Shown here in pieces: positions 13,615-25,099 of a stretch of 64,000 bases of DNA. The stretch lies in NCBI RefSeq assembly GCF_964204645.1, contig NC_134025.1, positions 23,106,299-23,170,298 on the forward strand, given 5' to 3'. Made by a program: the position numbers and the translations under genes. Within the stretch, counting starts at the first letter, position 1. Each line of letters starts with the position of its first letter. The stretch is from Tubulanus polymorphus. Lineage: Eukaryota > Animalia > Nemertea. The notes under the pieces are model-generated. The model had not been told where the DNA came from. It did no database searches and saw nothing but the letters and a program-made list of their open reading frames with translations.

Positions 13615-14875
13615 AACTAGGGGTCCAGGGACACCATGCCCACTTGGGAAGTGGTTCCAAATGCTCAACAATCTAACAGTTTCAATATTCAATGCCCCCT
13701 GGTGACCATATACAGAATCCAATGACCTTGAAACTCACCACAATCATAGAACATGTCAGCAGCTACGATTTTGTAATTGATTATGATAACAAAATATGCC
13801 TCGTTACCACTTTAATATGGAAATACCAAGTTATTCTACTATTCAACGCCCCCTGGTGACCATATTCAAAACCCAATGACCTTGAAACTCACCACAATCA
13901 TAGAACATGTCATGAAATATAACTTTGTAATTGATCATGGTAACAAAATATGCCTAGGTACCAATATAATAAGGAAATACTAAGTTATTCTACTATTCAA
14001 CGCCCCCTGGTGACCATATAGAATAACTAATGGCCTTAAAACTTGCCACAATCATAGATGATGTCATGAGCTACAACTTTGCAATTGATTGTGGTAACAA
14101 AATATGCATTGATACGAATATAATATAGAAATACTAAGATATTGCATTATTCAACGCCCCCTGGTGGCCATATACAAAAACCAATGACCTTGAAACTCAC
14201 CACAATCATAGAACACGTTATGAGCTACAACTTTCTAATTGATTGTGGTAACAAAATACGCTTAGGTATCAATATAATGTGGAAAAATTTTTTCCCACTT
14301 ACGAATGCATACTGCTGACACCAAGATGGCCGCCAATTGCATCATAATTGGCTGATGAAAAATACCTGTCTCAGGTATAAAACATCCCTTTCCAAAGAAT
14401 ACCCATCACAAATTGCAATGAGAAATGATAAACCAGTAGGAAGCTACAGGACTCAGAATTTGGGCCAAAATTAACATTTTTGGGCACTAAAAAGGTCATA
14501 GGACGGCCATCTTGAGTCCGATCGACCCAATTTTTGTTAAGCTGATGGGCCCTGGGGGAATTCACATATATCCGAAAGATCAAGGTAATTGATCAAAGCG
14601 TCTTCAAAATTTCCCTCAAAAAGTTCAAAAATGTGTAAAAAGTGCTGATTTTGGCGAACAACAATGGCTGCCAGTCGGCCATCTTGAATCTGACAGGGCC
14701 AGTTTTTGGGCTGAAGATGTGTCTAGGGTAGATACATGTGTAACCCAAATATCAAGACGTTACCTTGAAGCGTCTTCAAAACTTCCCAAAATAACTGGAT
14801 TCCGTCTACGGACGGACGAACGGACGAAAAGTGAACGCAAGAGCCCGCTGGGACTAAAGTCCCAAGTGGGCTAAA
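13615..14875 (-). mobile_element. Apparently complete Helentron/DINE-1-like (HINE) element with a 154-bp satellite array
   Basis: SubTIRs gcccacttggga (~13638) and tcccaagtgggc (~14860). Terminal stem-loop agccc..gggact-aa-agtccc..gggct (14842-14872), a (GGAC)n-like microsatellite at ~14808-14827, and A/T-run ends. The tandem motif recurs at 13694, 13848, 14002 and 14156 (period 154). Confidence 0.85.
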
Positions 14876-15433
14876 AATGGTACAGATTTTTCAATCCGGA
14901 TTTTCATTTAATATTGGATGAAATATTTGGTCCATTTAACACCAGGAACCATGTAAACTATTATTCATAAGTCGGAGAAACCTTGGCAGTCCCTATAGCA
15001 ATCTGAATTAAGTAAGTTCCACTGTATTTCCATTGAACTTGAGTTCAGATTGAACAATTTTTTGTTCACTGGAAAATTTTGGCGTTACGTGAACAGTGGC
15101 ATTGAAAAGAATGGCATTATAATGGACTTTGACTGTAATTTGGACTGTAAAACTAAACTTTTGTCATGTAGCATCGCCATCGCTCAAATTAACTCACATT
15201 TCCACCATGATTTAAATAAACATGTGATACTGCATTTATTGTATAAAATGACAATTCAATCCATAAAATCACAATACAATGAAATTGTACGACCAAGTAA
15301 AAAACATTAATACACTGGTAAAATACCTTGAAGTGCCCATTCAAGTTGAATGAACCCATTCTAAAAATATGTACAAACATGATTAGCTTTTAAAGGTACG
15401 AGCCATTATGAGCGAATTAATGGGCTCTTTATG

Positions 15434-18400
15434 TCAGTCTATTAAAACAATTCTCCTATGAATGTCGGCATATTCGTCTAAATTCCTTGTCGGAGTTTCT
15501 AACGTGTTGAATTTGCTTGGCGATAACGGAGACCGTCTTGTCGGCGACGAGGTACTTCGTTTTCCGAATGATTGCAATTTGTCGACATTCCTGAAAAAAA
15601 GAAAGAACACTCTATTAACAGAGTATCTTTTACAGGGTCCCTATAGATCAGACATTCCGGGATATAAGGGGTTTTAAGGGAGAAAATTTCTAAATTCGAG
15701 GAGTTTCTGCATCACTTTTATATCCCAATTACTATTCTTCTCAAATCAGTATTGTTTAACATCTGTTTGGTGGTTTTGTCAGCAAATTTCTATCCTTTAC
15801 ACAACCTAAAACTCTGCTTCTAATTTTGTAACCACCTAATTAGGTGAAAAAAAATCCACGTCCCAACTGTATCGATTTAGGGGTGGTCTACTGTATAACT
15901 ACGAACTAGACAAAGTTTCTAATTGCCTATTTCTCAAAATTTAAGAGCTTAAAAAGGAGTTTTGGACATTTTGTTCAAATCAAAGGAGTTTCAAGCATCT
16001 TTAAAAGCGGTTTCTGTTTTGAAGGTGATTTCACGAATCGAGGGGTCGTAGGGACCGTGTATGTCTTCCAATGATTTTGATTGTCTTCATTCAGATATCC
16101 CTTCTTTGCAGAAATCCATAGAATCAAATAAAGATAAAAATCTAACTACCATTCTAATTTCACTTTGCCATCATCAGTCGTAATCAATTGCATATTACTC
16201 GAAATAGAAAAATCTTACTTTTCACACTTGAATTGAGATAAGAAACACGTGATGCCTTGCTGTTTCATTGTCTCTGCTTTCGTATTGGTAGCTTTTTTCA
16301 GACTCTTGTTCTTAGAAAGCCCGGTACTTCGACATTTTCCAAGACCTGTATCAAAATATGATATCATTATTTTTCATCACAATTCTATCATTCATGTCCA
16401 ATAAGATATTTGCAATGAAAAATATTGAAAAGACTAACACATGTACCACACCTGTTTGTATTGACTTTTGTTTGATGTTATTTGTATGGCTACTAAAGGG
16501 GTTCTTCACTCCAAGATGAGATTTGATTTGCTCCTGCAAAAGTAATACAGCCATTTTAATACAAGAAAGTCAGTATAAAAAGTTCTGCTCGCTATTTAAC
16601 TACCCGCTATAAAGTTACCCTACTATTTTAGTACCAGGTACATAATATTACCTTGAATTCGGTTTCTTCGGAACATTTACTGAAATCGGGAAGACTTGGT
16701 GAATCACTTAATTTTGTATCACTGGATTCCGCAGAAGTCGTTCCACTGGCATCGAATGTATCGCAAGAACTATTATCGCATAAATCTATCAAATCTGGTA
16801 CCGACTTCTGTTTCGACTTCTGTTTTGCGATGAGATCCAAAATTGACTCATTCCTCTTTCTAAATAAAGGTGTCCGATTGTTTTGAGAACCGACGCACGA
16901 CATTTTGACTTTGGGAGATGAGACTTGTTGACTTAACGAACATCGTAACTTTGTGTCTTCATCTTCCGCAGAGTCTAGACTCATCGACGTATCGACTAAG
17001 TCTCGATTCGCCAAAGATTCTAACGAGTCTTGATTCATCGATGAATCTATCGGATAATCACTTAGTTCATTATTATCGCACTTAGAAGACATCTTAGACA
17101 TCTTGAATACTTTACTCTTACTCCAAGCGAATACCGACAAACTGTTGGATTTCTCGCACGAACGACTAAGTTTTTCTGAATCATCGCGCGCAAGTGGAAC
17201 AGAATTTTCATCGCTTTTCTCCATATCTAACTCATTGAGTTCACTCTGAAAAATATCGCCAGATTTTGGTCCATTCTGAGTAGCAGTATTCATTTTCAGT
17301 TTTGCACATGCAAATGGATTTTTCGATATTTTCGTCTGTTTCGCTAATTTCGATGGTGACGTCTTTGAAAAACTTTTACCAATGAAAAACCTGCAAGAGC
17401 AACCAAGAATCTATATTAAATCGAATTATATTTTGAATTGACAGTGCGATGATAAACAGGGTGGGCCATTTGTATTTTACTGCTTTCCCCCAGACTTTTC
17501 CCTGACATGCAAGTTATTTTCCCTGCCTTGATCTGCTAAGAATCTAATCAATCAACACAGTCAAATATTTTGGAAACCTTTTGATTCTAAGCACGAATAG
17601 GTTATCACCACAGATTCCCAATTTTCTCCTTATTTTCAGCTTTTGTAATTCCATGACATTTTAAAGAAAAGAAATATCCCTGAATTTTCCCTGATTTCCA
17701 GGGAAGTGGCCAACCCGATAAAATTCTCCACGTCTCACATACCGGCTTCGAACTTGAGGTATATCTTCAGCGTCGGGTTTCATGATATTAAATCGCTTCT
17801 TCGTGAGACTCGAAACGGCGAAACAATTGCGTAGTTTCGATTCGGGCGTCGTTTCCAAGTTCGGCACTTGTTTCGACGGTGAACAAGCTTCTTCAAGCGC
17901 TTCGCAAAAACTATCTCTCTCTTTAGATAACGATTTCTCGAACGTTTGTCCATCTTCTTCTTCGTCGTCCGATAATTGTATATTGCCTGCAGTATAGTCG
18001 ATACTGTCCTCGCGAACTGGGTGGTCTATCTCCGGTTCATCTAGACTATTGAAACACTTGTCGTATTTTGCGCGTTTTTCATTCGGCTCAGTACTTTCAT
18101 CGTTGTACAGATCCGCGAGTTCGTCATTTGATTTCACATCCTCACTGTCAATTCCTTAATAGATAAAACATTGCTATTAACTACCACACTGAGCTGTGCA
18201 TCATCATTAGCTACATACATACATATGTAAGAACTAAGAAGTGGTCTGACAAATGCTCCACAATTTCAATGTTCAATGCCCCTTGGTGAACATACAGAAA
18301 CCAATGAACTTTAAACTCGTGACAATCATAGATCATGTCATTGACTACAAATGATTGTGGTAAAAAAATGCATGTATTCCAACATAAAGGAAAATACTTA

Positions 18401-21400
18401 AATCCTAGAAATAACCTCACTCACCAATGCCCCTGGTGAACGTATACAGAAGATTCCCTTTTTTACAAGCATTAAGACATCTAGAAGCCGATTTTTTATG
18501 GGTTTCACTATTGACAATGACTTCAGGTTACCATCTATCAATACTTAAATGGGGGTTAATAGTTATCGTACCTGGTCGAGCACGTTTCACGGAGAACTTT
18601 ACAGAAATCTCCTTCCCTTTCGTCGATTGAAGAAAGTGTTTACTGTGTGGTTGATCCGTGCGAGGACACCCCACTTGAGGTCGACCTGTTTTCCCCCAGA
18701 TCGACCATTTCGGCACGCGCTTATCGTCGCTGTATCTTGAACGGCTGAACTTGGAAGGATTTTTCGGCTTCGCCTGTGAACAATTACATTATCATAGTCT
18801 ACCGAGGCTGTGCAGAATTTATACAATAGTTTTTTTGTGACTAAGAAATGAAGCTTAATAATTAAATACAGTGAATAAAATGCATATTTCTAATGCTCTA
18901 AAAAAATGCAACTTAAGTTTGTAGTAAGGAAGGAAAACTTGTGAAACTGTTGGACTTGATGAAGTAACGCTTACTTTATAAGAATCTGGATTGTATGAAG
19001 CCATTTGTTGACCCGTGTTCACGTTTATATTACCGAGTGCAAGCTGTAAAGCCTTCTGTTGTGACATCATTCTGTAGATATCGATTCAAGGATTTTACAA
19101 CTACTGGTAATTAGGGGAAGTGCTTAGGCCAATCGCAGTGATGAGTGAATCATTACAATCAACATATCACCCAGTTATATCGCAATTGAATTCTTTAAAG
19201 GATACGGTCCTGCGTATGTCAACAGTTCGGGAGTTACTTCGGGTGGATATGGATTCAAAGGCAACAACTTTCGCAATTTCGGATCAAAAACGAGTTGATA
19301 CAAGAACGTATTGTTCGCCTGTCGGAATCCTTCGATGTATTCATCAGTCATTTTCGTATTCAGATTCAGATATGTCGGAAGCTTTTTCAAGAACTGCAAA
19401 TTTATGAAACAAAGGGTTCATTTTCTAGTTGCATGGATACTGGCAAATAGTAATTCAGTGTTGGAGCGAGAAATTGTAATGAAACTGGTCATCAGCTGTC
19501 CCAGTTGTCCCTAAAAACCGTGAAATGAATACGTAGGTCACTGAAAGGGCCTATTCAGTAACGCAAAATGGTTAGGCTACCTCTAGATTGAAAACATCTA
19601 ATTTTCAAAGATCCAAACATTGAAAGGCATAGCTTTAAAAAGTTTTTTCCCCTAAGATTTGCCTCATCTATGCTCACATTCCCGCGAAACAAGAGAATCA
19701 AATGTACATTTTAACGGCATGAGTTACCTTTTCAGGCTCGGTGTGTCTGGTCATTTTAAAGAACTTGCACGCTTTTCCCAGACCGACGCCGTATAGAGAC
19801 GCGAGATAATCGCAGCCCGATAAAATACACATATAGCGAAACTTATCGAATGTGAAAAACGTCAATTTCGTCACTTCGTTCAAACGTTCCTTCTCGATCA
19901 ATGTACCATTACCGTTTATATCTAGTTTGAAGAGCACCTACAAGAAAATGTTCAAATTCTCTAATTATAAGGTGGAAAAGGGTTCATTATTACAAGTTCT
20001 TGCGTTGACAGAGTGATGGAAACGGACTATATCTATTTCAAACAAACAGCCAAGTAATCCATCTAATGTCTATTTCAACTTTGCTTGAGAGGACGTCGGG
20101 CGGCCTAGCTAAGTCAGCTTTGTAGTACATAGGCCTACCTGATATAGGTCTTAAAAGGACCAGCACAGATAGGCTACCGAAATAAAACAATGATTCCTAA
20201 TCCATGTATCGAAGGTCCTATTATCAGGTATGTACTACCAAAACTGACTGAGCCACCTGATGTCCTCTCAAGCAAAGTTGAAATGACATTAGAACCACAG
20301 CATACAATTTTCTAGCCATAGATTACCTTATTACAGCCAAACAACAGCAAATCGGAATCCTCAGTTATAATCAGATCAATGAAACCAATCTTATTCAGAT
20401 ACGCAAGTTGGGCGTCAGCTTCGTACGGTGCAACAATACAATCAACACCCAGGTCTCTTAATGCCTAGAATAACCAAAAGAAAGAACGTCAGGTTAAATA
20501 AAATCTCATGTTTCGATGGCAAAATTGTAAATTCTATTTTGATCGTTCTTTCGAGTGAACCCGATTCCAACAAAAACACAATACCTGCATCGTTTCCAAA
20601 GCCATTTCAGGAGTAACATCGATACACTTAGTGAAACAGTCTCGAGCCTCAGCTCTTTTTCCTTCCCGCAAGTATTGAGCAGCTTTCTTTTTATACTGAG
20701 ACCGACGCCTATAGGATTTTCAAAGAGCAATTATCATGAAACATCGATTTGCACCAGTTCACAGTTTTACCAAAGAACATGCTTATATAATGCCCATTAG
20801 GCAAGTATTTATTTCATAAACAAATGCATTGATTGCAAGGTTTCAGAGTGTTAAGATTGAATTTTGTAGACTCTAACTATGTGATAGGCCTTAGGCCTAA
20901 CTTGGGATTTCTAGGACTCAGAAATAAAGAAAAATGCCCAACTCATTCTCAGATGCTAATCAGTGTGCACACACTATTGGGGAGGGGTAAACGATTGGCC
21001 ATTCCCTCCCATGTACATAAAGCTTGAAATAGCATACATCAAGGATGGGGTTGACTACCTTGCAGGTGGGTATTTACAAGTTTTATTTCAAAACTGGTTT
21101 CTGGGGTAGACATTGATTGTGTATACTTACTCGCGACGCGTTTTTTCTACACCAGCTTTGGAAGGGAGATGACAACCGTCAAATACCATGACAGGTTTTA
21201 CACCGGCCGCCAGTAACACGTTTACAAATTTAACCACATAAAACACGTATCTGATTGAGTAAAAGTGAGATCATATACTCGTGCGATGTTCGTAACAACA
21301 GTCAGGTTGAATGTATTCTTGAGAAATTTTAAATTCTATTCGATGAATCCGATTAAATTGCATGCGATATAAAATAAAAAAATTAAGATTTTGAAACAAT

Positions 21401-21669
21401 TATCTATATATCAAAATCAGGAAGCGATGCCGAAAACAAAGTTTTGACTGGAACCACCCACCCACTCCTAGTCCAAGAGAGCCTACTAATAACTGGTTTT
21501 TTACTTACTGATCAGTTGGTTCTCCTCGCCCAAGTTTATCAGCACAGGCGAATGCACCTTTATGAAGCCAGCAGTATGTGTCGACACCGACGGTGCAACC
21601 TTTAAAATCGGAGATATTCGAGCCTTGAGATGCATTCTTGAGGAACGGTAATAAACCAGTAATACCCAT
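15434..21669 (-). CDS. EXO1: Exonuclease 1 (XPG/RAD2 family), multi-exon
   Basis: [102 protein letters not shown], a MIP-box RSR|FF and C-terminal [11 protein letters not shown] 21667-21669; inferred stop 15434-15436. Confidence 0.95.
18240..18450 (-). repeat. Degenerate fragment (~1.2 satellite units) of the HINE element in an EXO1 intron
   Basis: aaatgctccacaatttcaatgttcaatgccccttggtgaacatacagaaaccaatgaac aligns to 13660-13730. Confidence 0.7.
19072..19205 (-). other. U12-type (minor spliceosome) GT-AG intron of EXO1
   Basis: 5' site GTATCCTTT and branch-site-like TCCTTGAAT (19092-19084) about 12 nt before the AG. Splicing keeps the frame: YAGP|[14 protein letters not shown]. Confidence 0.85.
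20063..20292. mobile_element. MITE with ~35-bp TIRs in an EXO1 intron
   Basis: ctaatgtctatttcaactttgcttgagaggac ... gtcctctcaagcaaagttgaaatgacattag. Confidence 0.7.
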
Positions 21670-22141
21670 AATCAGCTCGCAAATTAAACTGAAAATTGAT
21701 GAGAATTTTTATTCATTGCATAACAAAACACCTTGGCTTGCCTTGTCATATTGATGGACAATGCTGCAGTCATTAATTTAATTAGGCATAGGCTGTCAAA
21801 ACTGAGGAGTGACGACAGTTGACACTCGATCTGACTGGACACTCTTCTGCTAGAGTAGTAGGCAGGATTATGCGGGCCTCACTCGATTATTAGGCCTACC
21901 TCCCGGACCTGTCCTCCTGTCCTGGTACTTTTAATTTAGTCCACCCCTCCTAACTAAAAAGTTATCAGTATAATAAAGGACGTAAATTGAAATACAATAC
22001 GATGAATGAAACATGATCAATTAAGAAGTAGCTTTCAAGATACTAACAAAAGTACAACTGATTAAATTCTAAAGCCAGTTACAGATGTCTTGGCCAGCGT
22101 AGAAGATGATTACCAGCAGCGTAAGGCATCGACCCTTCACG

Positions 22142-22149
22142 TTTCCCGC
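22142..22149. promoter_or_regulatory. Candidate E2F site upstream of EXO1
   Basis: TTTCCCGC lies ~470 bp upstream of the EXO1 ATG. EXO1 is a cell-cycle/E2F-regulated gene in mammals; function here is inferred only. Confidence 0.35.
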
Positions 22150-22220
22150 AATTGTGAGAGGGGCAGCACTTGACGGTAAACTCGGGGTTCATACACTAAA
22201 AAGCGGACTACAACAAGAGT

Positions 22221-22288
22221 ATCCTCGCTTGCCAGGGTTTGATTGGCTCTCACCAAGAAGAGGCAATCAAACCCTGGCAAGCGAGGAT
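22221..22288. repeat. Perfect 25-bp inverted repeat (68-nt hairpin)
   Basis: atcctcgcttgccagggtttgattg (22221-22245) is the exact reverse complement of caatcaaaccctggcaagcgaggat (22264-22288). Confidence 0.9.
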
Positions 22289-22763
22289 GTATGATGCGGC
22301 GGGTCTCGCACCGGGCGAATTCAGAATGTTTTTTTTTTATACAGGCTACTGTCCAGTTTTTGGATGGTCATTCCATTTTCCTGAATTTTCATTTAGTTTC
22401 ACCTAACGTTAGAGCCACCAAGAAAGAGGGACCGCTGACTGCATCCAGATTATGAGTGCCGGCCATAAGAAAAAGAAGGCATACAACGGTTGTTGATAAT
22501 GTCACAAATGTAATGAGTCAAATTCATGAAAAATCGAATTAGAATTGCCATCAGATATGCGTTTGGCCAACAAGCGGCATTGATTCAAATTTCAAATCAT
22601 ATAGGGCGTTTTAATTAAGTAAAATTTGTATTTAGTTAAAATTCTCATTATCTCCGGGAGAAGTAAGACCGGATGGAACTCTGGAGGAGAAGACCGTCCT
22701 TCGGGAGATTTTATTTTCGCCAAACATGGTTAATGCCATCAATCCTTTAGAATTGCAGAATGA

Positions 22764-24573
22764 TTAATTGTTTTTCTTGCGTGCATCGCAATCTTCAACC
22801 GTTAAACCCGTACGTTTGGGCTGCTGCTGATTCGGTTTCTCGTAATCGAGTTTCATGAAATATGAGCTGGGATGCAGTAGAATGCGCTCCATCGGGGGCT
22901 GTTGCTTCTTTCCGATTGCCTCTTCTAATATCGACATCGTTGGATAGGCTGAGGGTGAAAGGTGTACTGGGGTCGATGCTTCGTGACTTTCCAAGGGTCG
23001 GAGAACTCTGTCCAGACAAGTACCATCCGAATATCTCCTCTCCTTATGGACATCCGACAATATTCGTCTAACATCCACATGCTCTTTTAGTGTCGGGATG
23101 GTTGCAGGTAGAATCACTTCATCAAGGATCTCGTCAGCCGACCCAGCGGCGAGAGTCATCCGACGGTGCTTTTTGTAGACTTCCGCATCTACCAACCATT
23201 TCGGCTTAGGTTCGCTTCGTGGAGGTTTTGGCTTGTCCTCGAAATCACCGTGTTGGAAAGCGGATAGGGATAGTTCCAGTGGGATGAGTGTTCTCTTATA
23301 AAGATAAACGCTAATACGGTGGTGAAGATAGGATATCATAGCGAATATCCAAAGACATAATGGAAATATGGAAAGAAACGCTATGAAGTAGATTATACCA
23401 ATCAGCAACATTTCAGGCTCCTCTCGTCGTATCACAGGACATTTCGCCTGAAAGGAATAAATGTAGTTCTTACAAATTATTGTTCGCTTTAGAGCGTGAG
23501 AATAAGGAACATTCACAAATGGAACATTTACAAAATCAATGGACAGGTTATACATGCCTTTATGATGGATTCATCTGATTGGTCGGCACAGTTATCGTTA
23601 CCATCGCATAAAAACTCCTTTCCAATACATCTAAACCATGTCAAATAGGTTTTGAAAATTTAGAAATGCTCATAAATAGATTCTACGTAGGCCTAGCAAA
23701 TTTGGAGTTGGTTAACTACCGGTACTGAATTCGTTTGGTTATACGACAGTACCTGTTTGTATCACACTGGAATTCGTCTTTAGTGCAATTTCCCTCGTGG
23801 AATCTTGTAAGTAAAGCCACAAAGCCGAGGCTCTCTCCGTCTCCGTTGGTGATGAATATAAAGTTTACAACGTTTGTCTGCGAAACGTAATTGATCAGGG
23901 AATCTGTGGCGAAATGAATGCTGATCTCAGATAAATGTTTTCTCTCTTTACGTAAATACAGAAAATATATAGCTATCAACCTATAGGCCTAATCTATTCC
24001 CGCAAAAAGTAAATTAGATTTAAGTTATGAATTCATGAACCTTCGATGAATTTTAAGTAAAGAAGAAAGAAAAAGAAAAGAAGAAGCCTTATAGATTTTA
24101 CATACGATTGTGATGGCAAATGACACTCGTTGTATTTTTGTCAACGATGAAAAACTGGTCGTTTGAACATTCCTGCGATTCATTGTCCATGTAGATTTCA
24201 TAAACCAAGAACTTTAAAAGCATTCGATAACCTAAATAACGAGCACCAAGTTTCGTTTATTCTATCATAAAGGATTCAAAGGATGAAAAAAAGGAAAAAT
24301 ATAGCCTTGAGCTCGTCACCAGAGATTATTGCAATTACCTGGTTCGAAAGCTACTGTGATGTTGCAGAATGTGTTAGGGCGATACTTCCACAGTCTTGCT
24401 TGAGCATAGAAATGAGAATAAAAAAGTGAACTTTTATGTTCACTGTATGTTTTATCACAGTTACCAAAAATCGAATTTTCGAGTGTGAGAACTTTCAAAT
24501 TCGGTGGACCAATCGTTGCCTCCGCAAAACCGCTAAGCGATAAACACGAAAGTAAAGGAAGAAACAGCAACAT
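22764..24573 (-). CDS. Type-I membrane protein: signal peptide, divergent CUB-like domain, LDL-receptor class A repeat, TM helix, long cytoplasmic tail (~5 exons)
   Basis: MLLFLPLLSCLSLSGFAEA signal; CUB-like YRPNTFCNITV..GFVALLTRF; LDLa CTKDEFQCDTN|RCIGKEFLCDGNDNCADQSDE; TM LLIGIIYFIAFLSIFPLCLWIFAMI. Confidence 0.8.
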
Positions 24574-25099
24574 TCTAGCGGTTTGACAAAAATCCGTTAT
24601 AATCATCACTACGAAAAATATACAACAATGGTTTGTCATAGAAACAGTGTGTTAATTTCCCGATCCCGGAGATCAATTTGATCTAACTGGTAATCCTTTT
24701 CCACGCATGTAGGCCATGGGTAGCATTTTGTATCAATCAAAGCCAATCATCTTACATGGAAAAAAGACCGCTCCCTATATTGACCCTCAACGATGGGTTT
24801 AATATTGAATAGAAACGAGACGGCCGATTATTTTTCACAAATCGTTTTCAAATATTTGCTAGAAATTCGAAGCTGAAGTACTTTGTGATATTTACCCATA
24901 GTAAACTAAAGTCTGGCTTATCAACGAAAAGACACACTTTCAATATTAGATAACCAAACACGGATATCAGTGTTTCCAAGGGATTTGTTTATAGACGCTC
25001 CATATCGAAATGCTAAATGCTTTTGATTATTGAAATTCTAATGCTTATAACGGGATTTGTAGATATTTTCTTGATTCTGGGATATAAAACGCGACGAAA

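Noticed and set aside
13660-14290. Regularly spaced repeats resembling a CRISPR array
   Set aside because: The whole 154-bp unit is repeated with no unique spacers, there are no cas genes, and the context is eukaryotic. It is a satellite inside a transposon.
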